Shown here: piece by piece, positions 11,301 through 26,300 of the stretch
How the letters are laid out: each line of letters starts with the position of its first letter
How positions within the stretch are numbered: position 1 is the stretch's first letter
Source of the DNA: Phoronis australis
Taxonomy: Eukaryota; Animalia; Phoronida
Length of the DNA: 64,000 nucleotides
Assembly: GCA_002633005.1 (NCBI GenBank)
Contig: NMRA01000295.1
Location: forward strand, 147,124-211,123
Direction of reading: 5' to 3'
Position numbers and translations under genes: made by a program
The notes under the pieces: generated by a model
What the model was told of the DNA's origin: nothing
Database searches by the model: none
Seen by the model: only the letters and a program-made list of their open reading frames with translations

Positions 11301-14300
11301 TTAGAGTTTTCATAAAAATCATAGTTTCAATAGTCCCAAATGCAAAAGTGGGACATTTTAAAAATGATTCCTAACAGATTTTGGAGACAAGTGTATAAGG
11401 CATAGAATCTGAAGGTTTCATATGGATACTAATCCACCATTTCTGAGATATGACATAACAAATTTGGCCTAACTGAGGAGATTTCGATATAAGGGTACAA
11501 ATTCTGCTCACTCAACTCAATTTCAGACTTGAACATTTCAGACAATTATAACCACAGCCTCTCACTTGTTTATCCATGGGTGTATATATGTCAAGTTTTA
11601 GGACAGACTGATATGCATGCTGATCTCTTAAAATGGACAGCATACAATGAAAATAGTGTTGTAAAGAGACAGCTTGAACCAGTTTACACGGGACCATAGT
11701 TCAATGATTTACCAGTTCTTCAAAATCAGGACCACCAAAAGGGACTATTGACAGTTCATTTATTTTTATAAATGGGATATTTTTAATGAAAAGAATGTTT
11801 TGTATATTCCGGAAAAACTCAATTCTTAGTTATTTAATAGTTAGTGATATCAACCTACTGTAGATAGTGTTATGCATTTCAATTATGCCTAACCTTTTGG
11901 TAACAGGAAAGACCAAGAATGTTTGGGGTTATTTAAAAATTCCCAGAATGTATATGTAATATTTAAAGAATTTCTATGCCATTGCAGTTATTTTAGAATA
12001 GTGATCATTACTATGGCTAAGAACTGGAACATTCTGTCACCCAACTCCTGTTTGCTATGCACTACTCACATTGTACAATTTCTTCGCCTCCTCCTTAGCT
12101 TCTGCCAAGTGAACATAATCCGACTGGTCGCGACCCCCTTTGGTTAACTCTAGTAGTAATTCTGTAAGAAACCCACTGGAATCGCCTTTCAAATCTTCAG
12201 CAAGGTTTTTGCCATACGCTGAAACAAATTTGTAACTATTTGCTTGACATGATATCAGATAAGCTATAATTTTGATCAATGGAGACTGGCAGGTTTTTGG
12301 GCCACAAGAGAGAGCTATGAGCTTTACAATGATTTAAAAGTTTTGGTTAATACCAAAAATTTCCAAAAATAGGCCCACCCAAACATAACCCATGGGCGTA
12401 TTTCAGTAACTCTTTGTATGTGTTGAAAATCTGATGGATTGTTCTGAAATACACAATCATGTACTATTTTTATGTAAAATTTTGTGAAAACGTTTTATTT
12501 TGGCATCGCGGTTGCACTCAAATGACTGTCATTTAACAAGACATTGGGTGACTTTGTTGGTAATAGACCTTATTAGTATAATATGAAGGAAAGTCTTAAT
12601 GACACTATTTCCAAAAATACACCCCCTTTTCCGAAAATATGCCCAGATGTATATTCGGTTTCATTCGACATTTTTGAAAGGTTGTTTCTGAATATCCATC
12701 CATGGGCCAATTTTCGGAAATTCACGGAAAAAATTCGCTTACTACACAAATCAGAATTGTTTATCTTATGACTGCCAAAAACAACATTATAACAGTAAAA
12801 TCTCACCAATTTGGGACATGATATGGCCGACGGCTGAAATATTTTCTCATTTTTCACATACATTGCACAAAATTAATGCTTTACAATGTTCAAGTTGTGT
12901 ATATTTGATGCCATCTTCTGGGCACTCCCGACAATGTAAAAAGACATTTAAAAACAATAATATGGCAATTTCGGAAATTAGTTTTTACCAAAATATGTGA
13001 GATTTTACCCTACTTACCTTTTAAATATTGCTGATTAACCAGTTTCAACTCGTTTGCAGACCTAGTCGCTAATATAGCAATAAGTGTGGTGTCTCTTGTG
13101 CCAAGACTAACTATGGCCTCATGCAAGCAGTATGCATCATATCTAGACGGTGTCATCATCAGTGCTATAATGACTTCTTCAAAATCTCCACCCAGCTCCG
13201 ACTCAAGCACTGTTTTAAGGTCCTGAACAAGAAATATAATCATCATACATTGAAAAAAACACTGATGCCAGACCAATGCAGAGCATTGATATGCACTCCT
13301 TGTGATCATCACAAATAATTAAGGGTTGTTCATTTTCTCAAATATTCGACAGTAGTCAGATCCATTCAAAAGTCAACATCAGTTGTGCTCTTCTTATGAT
13401 AGACTTATAGGTCAAATTTCATGAAAATCTAGGAATTTGGTGGGTATTAATTCAAATGCAATTATGACAATTTGCCAGTAAGGGGTATCCAAGTAGTCAA
13501 ATCTATCCACATACTGACACTAGACATGCTTTCCTCAATAGGAACACAATGCTAAACTTGATGAAGACCCATCAAAGAGTGCTAGAGTAGATCTGTCTGA
13601 AAACTAATGTTGATCATACATTTTTCAATAGCACATCTGCCAACTTTTATGATGGTTCCTGAAGAAGGAGGCAGATGTCAACTGAGACACGAAAATAATG
13701 AAAGTGATCCTTGGAAGAGCAAAAAAGTCAAACTCATATCACTATAATATTAATTTGCCAAATTTCATAAAACTTCCGTCAAGAAATTGGAAGATAGAGA
13801 AGAGGAAAACGTAATGAATTAGCAATTGGATCCATTTCAAGTAGCTGCCCTGGTGAAACTCCTCACCAGTCATTACCTATGTGACTTTCATGAACCTAGC
13901 TGATATTTAACTTTGCACCATGTCTATGTATGCACGGCCAAAGAAAACTAAAGCTCACCTTCTTATATTTTTCCATGTATTTTCTTTTAATCTGCTGCCT
14001 TTGTTCATTATTCCTGCCAGATAGAATATCAATGAGGGCTTGTCCATCTATATGCCATTCTTTCAATGCTTGCTCGATATCCTGCAAGTCTTTATCAACA
14101 TTCATCTCTGACGCTGGCTTGACAGTTCCCATTGCTTTAACTCTAGGCTTGGAGACTGTTGTCTTCTTAGAAGAATCAGCTCCTTGTTTGTCCATTTGAC
14201 GAGACTGACCTCCATTAGCATCGTTAGTACTATGTCCCCAAGAATCATATTTTCCATTCTTTGCTCCATTTTTATCACTCACACCTGATTTGCCACTTGT

Positions 14301-17300
14301 GTTTCCACGTTTACCAGTGGCAACCACCTTTCCTTTTGATGGCACAACACCCTTGGTGTCTGTATGCTCAGATTTTTTTGTTTTGGTTTCAGCTTTTTTA
14401 CTAGTCTTTTTCTTAGGGCTGGTGGTGTGAACAGCAGACACTTTAGGCTTCTTCATAACTGGGTTCTGAAATGCATACAAAGCGACACTAAGTAATATAT
14501 TTCCTAATTATGTATCTGATCATCACGGATCAATAAACCCGCTGACTTTCATACTGATTCAAAAAAGTTTATGAGCATCATTATGATTTAAAAATATTGT
14601 ACATTTTGAAAAACTCTATTTTTAACGTAAAAATGTTTGAAGAGTATCATTCGAGCATGCTTGATATAACAGACTGTTTGGAAACATTAACAGATTGAAA
14701 ATTTTCCAATTATTTAAGACAACTATGTTTTGTACAATTACCACCACAAAGTAGCTTGTTTAACAAATCTTTTTGTCACCGTTTTTGTGTAAGCTTAAAT
14801 ATAATTCTCTGTACGGAAATGAGACAATTTTTAAGAATCGTCTTACCTTTTTATCTATTGGGGTGCCAGAGGCAAGAATGGACAGAGTATTGCCCAGCTC
14901 TCCTTTGAACTTGCTTTTAATATCTGTCGGCAGATCACGGCTGTATTTTTTCTTGTAGGATTTACGAACATCCTGTAAATCTACTTCAAACCTTGACAAC
15001 AGTAACTGGATAAACTTTGTTGGATTTTTGGGGTCCATCGTGTTATGTAGCTTCTCAGCATGAAACAGCAAAGGAGTTGAAAGGCATTTTTCTGTAATAC
15101 ACCATATTTCATAAACTTCAATTAATTGTTTACATGGACAGAAATCTCAAGTGAACTTTTTATAATCGATGTAGTAAATGGGTGTATTTTCAAGGGCACT
15201 TCTAAACTTTGAGCTGTATATAAAAAACAGCTTAAAATTTTCAATAATTGAGGAATTGTTGAACACTTAATGAAAACAAGCTTAAAGTAGATGTAAACCT
15301 GCTTTCTAAAAATCAACTTTGGATTCAGACCATTGCCATTATGAAACATGTCTCAAATTTTTCATTTTCCAAATTGAATCTGATTTCAAACACTTCGCAA
15401 GAACAGACAGTTTGTTATCACTTGAAATCAAGCTCCACAAGTTGGTTTGTCAATGCGTTTTTATTTCATGCTCCAAGAATGGTTGTTAACAAATATTAAA
15501 GTGAAGTGACAGGTCTTTGGAAATACACACATCCCTTGTCATCTGAGTAAATAAGGAAACGGACATCCATTGTCATCTGATAAGGAACTAACTTCGTGTT
15601 CTAAAAGTTTGCTTCGTGGATGGAACATATTTATAATAGCTTTAAATTTAGTGTTATAACCAGACATGAATACAACTTTCTTTTACAGATCTGTTGACCA
15701 TAAGTAGTTTCACTACATTTGCTACCAATCTATACTGTCATATCAACACAGTTGCATTGATATTGAGAGTCAAAAATAACCCTTTAGACATAAATATTGA
15801 AATGGCATTCCGATTTCCAGGTTCTTAAAACTGTATTCCATTTTCCGTCTCTGTGACACTAGGGTAGCCCCAATAATTTGCAAAGTTAACAATTTCTCCT
15901 AGAACAGTAATTTGAATGCATAATCCCAATTTTTTTCTATCTAAGACTAGTTTCTATGACATAGAGTAGGATTCCACCCACTCACTTCCATTATAGTGAT
16001 TATACAAGTATAGGACAAGAAGCTGACATCATTCCCAGATGAGAATTAGGTAGACCCTAGAATTCACTGAAGAAAACAAAAGTGAAGGACAAACTTGATT
16101 TTTTTTCATGACTATCAGTTAGAGAAGACGATTGGAACGCCACACAAACTTTAACCCATTGTGTTGTCTGCGGATCATGTCACAGGACAAATCAAGAGAT
16201 TAATTTTACAGAATGCGTTGCTATAGCCAATTGCCACTTTGGTCTAAAAAGTTTGGTTTTCAGTAACACAACTCTCAAACCATAGGAGTGTTTAACCTTG
16301 GATAAACGTGTGTGATCTTCATATATGGAACAAATGCAAAAAAGTATTCTTAGATCAAAGGATTTGACCAAGTTTATGGGCAGGGTGTAACGAATAGGGT
16401 GTGGAACATGATAGTGCATCAAATTTCTATTGACATGCCTTAGGACTAATTACCCATTCGTTTAACACCATTCGCAAACTCGGGTGAGCATTCGTTAAAG
16501 ACCACATTCCCAGCTCCAATTCCTCCATTGTACTGTTTGAATGACTCCAGAAACCCCTTCATGTGGTCCAAATTGTGTTCACCAAGCACTTTGAGAAAGA
16601 CCCCACTGTCACTTGTCCAGCGACCATCTCCAGATTCATACAAGGTGTGAGCCTCCTTCTGGACTACTGCTTCATCAACTTCAGATGAGTCTGAGTGGTG
16701 CTCCTTTAAATAACATTATTTTGTACACTATTATATTTAGTATATCATTTAAACAAATGGCGTTTCAACAAAGACATTATGCAAAATTAAAATTGTAAAA
16801 GCATCTTATATGAATAATTCATAAATGAATGCTACAAACAAAAAGCCCTTTGCACACACATTAATAATTATGCAATAGTCTCATGTTTTAGGATATCAGA
16901 AATGATGGAATTTCAGTAAAAAACAGTCTGCATATCAAAAACGTTCTAAATCAGTCTTATAATTCGGTATGTTTTATAAATGAATGGAGCAAACAGAACG
17001 CATTTTACACAACCATTAATATGAAATAGTCTCGTGTTTCAACCGAAGACATTCTGCACATGAAAAATATTGTAAATCAGTCTTATATGATTGAATGGTC
17101 CAAGCGGAAAACACTGCAATTTAATAACTATGAAACAGTCTCGTGTTTCAATTAATTAGTCGTATTTCAACAGAAGACATTCTGCACATGAAAACATACA
17201 GTAAGCCAGTGTTATAATATAGTATAAATGAATGGTATAGACAGAAGACATTCTGTGCATTTTCTCACCTTAGCAAGAGCTGTAAGGAGAAACAGGCTCT

Positions 17301-20300
17301 CTTCACCTTCAAACTGCAGTTTCAGATCATCTTCAATACTGTTAGTGTACTCTAAAATAAACATTCTCTAATTAGTTGTGTTGCCTCGTTTAAGCATGAA
17401 TCAAGTGACAGGACACTATTTGCAGTGTAGTAGGCATGTCCAAGTCCTGAGAGTGGCTACGTTGTACAAAAACACTTGAATACGGGAAAACTGAGATATA
17501 GACATGATGACTTGGCAGCAGATTCATTGTGTTCTCCCGTCTACCACTCTCTTTCTCACAGTAGTACTAATTCATCAATTTCTGATAGGTATTTAATGAA
17601 ATTAACTAGTAGACGTTAGTGCCTTAAAAAGGAAAAGGCAAAACAGGTCTGCAATATGTTCCATAGTTTCATACTCTTTGCCTTTACAAGTCAAGGTGAA
17701 ATCATACATTTCCAGGCAAAGACCAATTGCACTCTATTGCCTGTTTTCATTTTTAAAGGTCTTAACAATGTAACTGTTGTGAATGGCCACACGTTTTCAC
17801 AATAGTGTCTTTTGATAGCTAGCGATATGGCACAAAATTCTAAGTAACCACTGAGACCAGATACATCCATTACCTGTGGGGAAATGGGTGTTCTACTTAT
17901 ATCCTCCATAGTGTGTTACAGATAATCATGCTCATTCTAAAAATGTAACGTGATCAAAACATCATGTAAATAGGCTAGAGACTAGTGTAACTAGGCTAGT
18001 TAGTTTAAATAGGCCAGAGGCTAGTTTAAATACACCAGAGGTTACTGTAAATAGGCCAGATGCTAGTGTAAGTAGGCCAGAGGCTAGTGTAAATAGGCCA
18101 GAGAATAGTGTAACTAGGCTAGTTAGTTTAAATAGGCCAGAGGCTAGTGTAAATACACCAGAGATTACTGTAAATAGCCAGAGGCTAGCGTAAATAGGCC
18201 AGAGGCCAGGGTAAATAGGCCAGAGGCCAGGGTAAATAGGCCAGAAGTTGGTGTAAATAGGCCAGAGGCTGGTGTAACTAGGCCAGAGGCTAGTGTAAAT
18301 AGGTCAGAGGCTAGTGTAAATAGGCCAGAGGCTAGTGTAAATAGGCCAGAGGCTAATGTAAATAGGCCAGAGGCTAGTGTAAATAGGCCAGAGGCTAGTG
18401 TAAATAGGCCAGAGGCTAGTGTAAATAGGCCAGAGGCTGGTGTATAAAGGCCAGCAGCTAGTGTAACTAGAACAGAGGCTAGTGTAACTAGGCCAGCAGC
18501 TAGTGTAATTAGGCTAGATGCTAGTGTAACTAAGCTAGAGGCTAGTGTAAATAGGCCAGAGGCTAATGTAAATAGGTCAGAGGCTAGTATAAATAGGACA
18601 AAGGCTAGTGTAGCTAGGCTAGAGGCTAGTGTAGCTAGGCTAGAGGCTAGTGTAGCTAGGCTAGAGGCTAGTGTAAATAGAAATGGTGTTACTGCTTCAC
18701 TATGGTTTTAGAAAGTCATTATTAAGGCAAAAAATTTCATTAAGTTAAGACCCAATATATATGTTAACTTCATATTGATTTTGTTAATTTTGTCATCTTT
18801 TTCATAAAAAGTAGGCTGAAACAAATTGATGCCTTACCATTTTCAAGTTTTGCATCAAATATTTTGAAAATTTGTGTGAATTCACAATCTTAGGTCTTAA
18901 AAAATGAAAAGATTGTAGTTCTGGCAATCTTGTATTGGTCAAATTTTGGTGAAATGTGGTAAATAAGCACAGCTGCACCCATTGAACACCAAATCTCTTG
19001 AAGAACTCACTTTTCCTGTATGTATCCCTGATGTTTGACATTGATGCTTGACTTCTTGTACAAACAAACTCGACAATACCAATAATCTGAAACAATAAAT
19101 GTTATTTTCAGTGTCAGGTTGAAAAGCAAAATGTCACCACTTACTGAAATATCCTTAAAGTTACACAAGTATTATGTTACATAACTATCATGTACACATG
19201 CACATCTCTACACTCATGCGCTTACATCCGAAATATTAAAACTGAATTTCTAAATTTACATATCATGACAAATATTTCATATACAGCACATGCACTTCAG
19301 TTACACTTGAAAGCACAAGGTAATATTTCATGTCTACCTACACGTGCATGTCCTGAAATGCTTTTTTGAGCTTTGCATTTACTGTAGGTTTTACGATACA
19401 ATAAGTGTCTGTAATGACCAGCCTTGTGTGCCACTGAACCACAGTGTATCATTTTGCAATGCCATGCTGTCCATTAAATTTGTAATTAAAAACAAAATAC
19501 AAGGTTCACCAACTAAGGTCTATTTTGCACACTTTTTTCACCAGGTTGCAAAAAAATAAGAATTCAAAAGGAATGAACATTATGCTAAAAGTCTGATGTT
19601 AGTTAAAGTTATAGAATATAAATGTTGACTTGGTTAAAATTGTGTTTTTGTCAATAATTCGTGATTTCTGCATTAAGTTTTCACAAACACCTAATAAAGT
19701 GGACCACAACAATTATGAAAGGCCAATACTATAGTTTGAAAATATTAATCACTTACATCTTTTTGAACAATTGCAGTCTTCAACGTGATTGCATCTTCCG
19801 TTTTTCCATTTACAAAGAGAGCACCAATCAAACAATCATACTCGTTGCCTAAGGCAGTACGCAACTCCTCTTCTAAGTCAAGGTCATACAATAATCTGAA
19901 CTTGTCCTTGACCTGTTTTCGGTGGCTCTTTGACCTCTTTATTAATGTCCTATTGAGACTATCATTAGATGGAACTGAAAAACATAATAACATTTGTCAA
20001 TTAAATCTTCATACTTTTGGCTTGCTGTCCAAACAAAACAAAATCAAGATTAGACCACATAGTCTTGAAAATTCTTTAGATATAAATTTCTGCTTCCTCA
20101 AAAAACATTAAAGACATTTCCATGACAAAAATCGTCAGAAACTCACAAGCATGACCAGCCCCTTCAAAGTTCACCCATTAATTCAATTGTATGTCATCTT
20201 GCAATTCCAACTGAATCAAAGTGTCTTAAAACAATATTTTTCACATTTATTATCAGCTTACCTAAATTTTTCACTCCTTGAAACAGTAACTTGGCATCTT

Positions 20301-23300
20301 GATCCACCAAAATTTCTTTTTCAGACTAAAGAAAAAGTTATGGAAATATTACTTTAAAACAGAATATTTAAAAAAAATCCAGTGAAGATGTGTCCTAGCT
20401 CTGCAAGGAATGGCGTCAAGTGATGCTGGTGACAATCTGGGGACTACCAGAGTTAAGCATGAAATTTGAGATGGCTGAGGTTAAACTTAGCGGCAACCAA
20501 GGTGTTGACATTTGACAAAGTTGAATTTGCACTTACTGTCCCCTCCGGTAATTTTTACCTTCCTGCAAGCTTGCGGTACAAAGCTCATTTTGCAAAAAAG
20601 TTTACATAAGCCTGTCCATGATAACATACAGAAATTGCACAAGGGTTCAATTTTCACTAAATAATCTCACATTAGGGGAAATTTTTCTCGAAGACTTCCC
20701 ACAGTTTTGGGACAAAATATTCCAGAGAAATGTAGAAGGATCCAAGTATCAGTTATGATAACAAGACGGCCTGCCACCTGTTGGTGAAAACTCACGCTAG
20801 GCATATCTCCAGCAATACATCCATACACGACAATGGATTCAGTATCTAGAGTTACTATATGTACGGAATGTCGCAAAAACGCTCACAAAATTGCTGTGAA
20901 ATATGTACCAGGATATGGTGTTACTGAGATCTAATGATGTTTTATACATTCCAGAAATGCCAAAGTTGTTTTCCACTGAGTAAAAGTTCGAAAAATTGCG
21001 ATGAGTTTTGGAACGAAACACTTGTGCAGTTTCACGGTAGATATGGAGGATTTTCCACAAAGCTGATGTAGCAAGGTAGAGCGCAACCCAATCAAATTTT
21101 AATTCTAATTCAAAAAGAACAGTTTCCATGACTTCTGACTTCATTTAATTCAAGCATTAGACGCAGTCCTCATTTGACTGGGAAGTGCTAGTTTAGTGCA
21201 TAAGTCAGCTGTGGAGAGTCTGAACAAATTCTTTTTTGTTCATTTAGAATCAACTGTGACCTTTTCTAAATTTTGTGCCTTACAATTCAAATTTTGTGAT
21301 TCTTGAAACACAAAAACCATTATTAGTGCTCAATACAACCATTTTCTGATCTTCACATTTCAGTATATTTTGACACACCTTATACATATCCTTCTGCTAA
21401 AGAAAATGTTTATGAAATTAACTATTAGGTACACATTTTTAATTAGTAAGTTAAGACCTAAATTTCATTAATATGTATTGTCTGTCAATGTTAGATAGAA
21501 ACAATGTTAGTAAAATGTTAGTCACCTTAGGTTTAGTAGTTTTACTAATCTTTGGTAACCCAACTACCTTATCACTTGCGTCTATGTCAGTTGAAGTTGC
21601 AGATGAAGGCTGGAAATTCAAGAAAACATGGTATACACACTAACTGGTATGAATGGAATTGAGGGAAATTTACGCATTCAGCAAACACCCTTTCTTTCAA
21701 ACTTTTACAGTTAACAGCCTATAAAAGTTATTCGAATTTCAGTCATAGGGGAACTAATAAACGAGCATCTATTATGGTAAAGCACCTACCTCAGATGGTA
21801 AAACACCTACCTCAGATGGCGACGGTTCCTCGCTATTTGTACTCAGTCTGGATTTGCCAAACCTCTGGCTCTAAAAAGCATAACAACTCATCTACATATC
21901 TAGATTTACTGCCCAACGTAAAAGCAGATTTAACATTCAAGAGGCATTATGAATTTAGTTTTGCAAGGTGAAAGTAGCAAGTGTAAATTTCACTTGTCGT
22001 TATTACCCAAGCGTTAGGGCAAAAATGCATAACAGCAATTGGCTCTGTTCCACAGACCCTTGAGTTAATCTATTCCTCGTATCCATCCCTAGCACCAAAA
22101 CTAAATGTAATAAAATATGCTTGTTATATGGTTATGAGTCATTGAGAAATTCGTCTGTCTGTGCTCTGTTCTGTGTTTTGGGGAAAATCGAAGGGGCAGG
22201 ACTGCAACACAAAACAAAACCAGTTGCTTTGGAAACTTTGTTTTTATTCAGTTAAGGCCACAGAAGAGGCAATTGTCACTGCGTTAGCAAGTCACTGTGT
22301 CCCTAAAACTACCTTAGATGAAATTGTGTACCCTTTGAAACAAAAAGGAAATTCACTAAAGTGAGTCAGCAACTTCCTAAAACCACTTCGGCTGTAGTAA
22401 CATCATACCTTTCTTGGTCTATTTACAAAAAAGCTAAAGTTTGGAATAAATAAACCAAGAGATTTTAGACATGAGTGAGGTACAGGTTTCAAATGAGTCA
22501 GGCAGAGACCAGAACTAGTTGTGACTATTTTCTTTGGCCTAATTAATTGTTTTGGGCACTCTTATTGAGTGTCTTTCTGATAACTTACTATAAAATCATT
22601 CACATATCTAAAATGTCATGAAGGCAGTAACCACAGTGTAAAAGGGTAGACTATGTTGATTAATACCCAAAAATGGTAGTAAAATCGCCTCATTTTTTTA
22701 GCCATACAAAATTGAACTTCGTGCTCATTTAAACTACTACAAGCACACACGCACAGTACATAAACACTATCTACAGCTGCAGAATTTTAAGCCAATCGCA
22801 CACAAAATGTAAATGATACATACTTCAAGAAATTACTAAATCAGAAACTATAGTTAGTTTTTAGCAAGAATGTTCAACACCAGAAACTCAGTATTTTGAG
22901 GCTTTCAAAGTGTTGCACAGTACAATTCAAAACTTACGCTACATTTCTGGAGTCAAACCAGCATTGTCGTGTACACTATTTGTCTACAGTCATCATCCCA
23001 TACATAATTTTTAAGATTTTGTTTCATCTTTCAAGGCCCCCATGGTCTCCCCTAGATGCCAGCCAATGCCTTCCTGGATTCAACAGAACAATATAACCTG
23101 AAGTATACTTGAAAGTTTTTTAATACTATGTGCACACACGTGACGACAACGCAGTTTTCAAACAAATAGATATGCTTAAGCCATGATTCTTTTTACACTA
23201 CCAATCTTAATTTTTGTCAATAGATATACTAGGTGTACCAATACCTCTGGAAATGTCCTTGACCTTTGTGTGGAAGCCATAGCAGCATTGTAAGCTATTC

Positions 23301-26300
23301 CCCAGTCTTTTGTACTTTCACTCCACATGCCCTTGTAATATGCCTTCTTTTTATAGTCCTCTTCCTGTACACAAAGGGAAATGTGGGTATTAGGAACCAC
23401 ACACTAGTCAGAAAGACCATTGGTCTGAAGGTCATAGTCATTGGTCAGAAAGGTGTTACAAACAGGAAGGAGTGCAAAAAAGTTTCAGTCATACAGTAGT
23501 TTTAAGAATAAGTTGGCGAAATATCTTTTTATTGAAAATTTCAAAGCAAAATTTGCAGGCTAATTTTCTTACAATATACACATGTTTGGCCTGTTTCCCC
23601 AAGTTTGTCAAAAAGTCAATGACACCAGGCAAATTCCATTGAGCCTGTTCAACTTAATCCGAACTCCTGTACAACAAGGTATGGGGAACATTATGAGAAC
23701 ATTAATTCAACCTACACACAAAAGGTGAAGAAGAGTATATTTCTGGCCACTGTTAACCACCTGGTTGGTTTAAATTGTCACCTGTGTGTACCTGAGCTAA
23801 ACAACCACAAGGTACATTACATTAGTAGTAAAATTGTGATGAGCACCTACCCAAGCAGTCACACTGTATTTTGGGCGGACTTTCTGAAGATTCTTGGCAA
23901 TAACTGCATTTTGTTCGGCTATCTGCTCAAGTTCTTTTAACCGATGAGAGGAGTTTAGACTGGAATAAAGTCATTAATGACGTTTTACCAACACTAAGAT
24001 TTGTCAACACCAAAGTATGGTAGCATAATTTATACACCAGATAACAACAATAATGCCATCCTTTAGCATGTCCTGTTAGCTTGCTGGGACGAATAATGCG
24101 CAAAAAATCTATAAAACACCAATTGAAAATGAATTAAGGCTCTAATGAAGTTACCCAGTTGAAAGGTTTGATGCCATTTGACTTTGTAACATAAGGAATT
24201 TTCAGAGGTTTCTGAATTTAACGAGGTTTTCACTCTGAAAATTATATGCCTGAAAAATATAATGTAGAAAAGAATTTGTTGTTTTATATTAGTGATTCGC
24301 AATCCTTATAATTTTAAAAATGGCAACCATGACACTTTTTAGTGTACTTTACACAATCAGTGCTTCCTTTATTAGCTGCTTACATCTGTTACCTTTGGGT
24401 CCCATGTTACCTTTGGGTCCCATGTTACCTTTGGGTCCCATGTTACCTTTGGGTCCCATGTTACCTTTGGGTCCCATGTTACCTTTGGGTCCCATGTTAC
24501 CTTTGGGTCCCATGTTACCTTTGGGTCCTATGTTACCTTAGGGTTTCATGTTACCTCTGGTTCTCATGTTTTAAAATGGAATTATATCCTATTCTCACCT
24601 CCTTGATTCGTAACCGTTCCAATTGTCGACTTTTCCACGTCTTTTTAAGATAGATGACATCTTTTCTAAAAGCACAGTGTTACCATAGTCTATAAGTGCT
24701 TGCTTCTCCTCCTCTAACTGTAATGTACGGAGATTCACATATATAACAAAAGTTAAATTACTTGACTAAGAGTCACCAATTGCAAAGATAGAATAAAATA
24801 ATAAAATGTACAAAATTGCACAATAAGTCACAATATCGGAATAAAAACCTGCCATAATATTAAAAATGGCATAGCGAGAGTTCCATAAAATCCTTGATAA
24901 AAGCAATGTTTTCTACAGAAAGCCTGTTGTAAGGTAAACAATTATTAAAAAACATAATATGAAAAAGACATTTCATAGTGTGTAACTCACTCCACATGGG
25001 AGTGAGCGGAGACCATCCCAGGTAATCAGTGCTCACCTGCAGTTTCTTCAGTCTCAGCATGAGGTGTGGGAATTTTGGAGGAGATGCGGAGTCTATGGAA
25101 CTTTTCATAGAATTCATCTTGAATTGAAAACAAATTATGTTAAAGGTGGAATGGCTCACCTTGGTGATTAAACATGCATGCAAAGTAGTGCAACAGCTCA
25201 TTGTGGTCATAAACTATCTTAAGCCTCATCTTATCATCAGCTTAAATTGATGAATGGCAGTAATGATTTTATTTTGCTGTTGTTAATAGCAACAACGGTG
25301 GCAATTGAATATAACTAATCATCCTTTGTGTCATATAAGCCTACTTAAATTTAATAGGATTTCCAATAGCAAGCTGCACGCGCCGACACTGAGAATGCCA
25401 ATTTATATGTCCAAGGTCCCGGTTAGATAGGTAGTTGCCAGAGCAATCTGAACACACAAGCCATTTAACTTGGAGAGGCGGAGAAATTAACGTAACCGTG
25501 AAATGATCCACGACTATGTGTGAAAGAGGTGCGGGGTTATGATGTCAGGCTGTGGCTATTGGCATTATATGACTCATATAGAACAAATCTTTTTCTTTAT
25601 ATATTTCTACAACTTTTCAGACTAAATACGAGCAGAATCATTTAAATTACCATTTCAGCATTTTTCCAGACAGTTAGCCAAATTCGTTAAGTCAGCATAT
25701 GACTTTGGTAGGTCTACTGTTATAGGTCCTACTTGTGACTGATTTGTCAATTGTTATTTGCGTCATTCTTAAGTGACAAATAAGCCCGCTGAGTACAGAT
25801 TGTTATTACAATTCACATATTGTTGATACTAATGATCACTGAAGCACTACCACCACTTTAGTTCTTGTGCCGGGTGTTGTGTGAGAGAGTAACATAAAGT
25901 GACCTGGGCCAAACAGGCTATAAATACCTCGTCTGCCTCTCACTTTGATGGTCGACACTGATTAGATGGCTTTATTGACTTGCTAACAGTCAATTATAAG
26001 TCAAATAGCTGTGGACAGTACTCTCAGAGTCTACTCAGTCTTGAGTAGACTCTTAATCAATATAATACACTTTAAGAATACCCGAGTATTGATTGTATAT
26101 ACTTGGGTTCTAAAATGGAGAATTGTAGTATTTGGTGCTGCATCATCAATCCTCGAATGATATGATGGATATCGTCGTAACATGCTGTAATTGTTTACAT
26201 CATCAAATTAATTATCAGTGATGTCGTTCTTAGTTCCTATGCTAAGACTAGTTGTCATGGTAATGAATTAAAAAACGAGAAACGGTCATAAAATTAATGC

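Noticed and set aside
20559-20588. Possible independent annexin first exon (MSFVPQACRK|gtaaaa)
   Set aside because: Weak donor and no other support. Kept only as the alternative that would refute the fusion model.
24320-24653. (PLGPML)n and (CYLWVP)n ORFs that look collagen-like
   Set aside because: Translations of an intronic 18-bp minisatellite.
25118-25210. ORF-track start MTTMSCC.. as the first exon of the CFAP97D domain
   Set aside because: No family similarity and it would need a 42-nt intron. Exon 27826-27743 matches the family N-terminus and phase.
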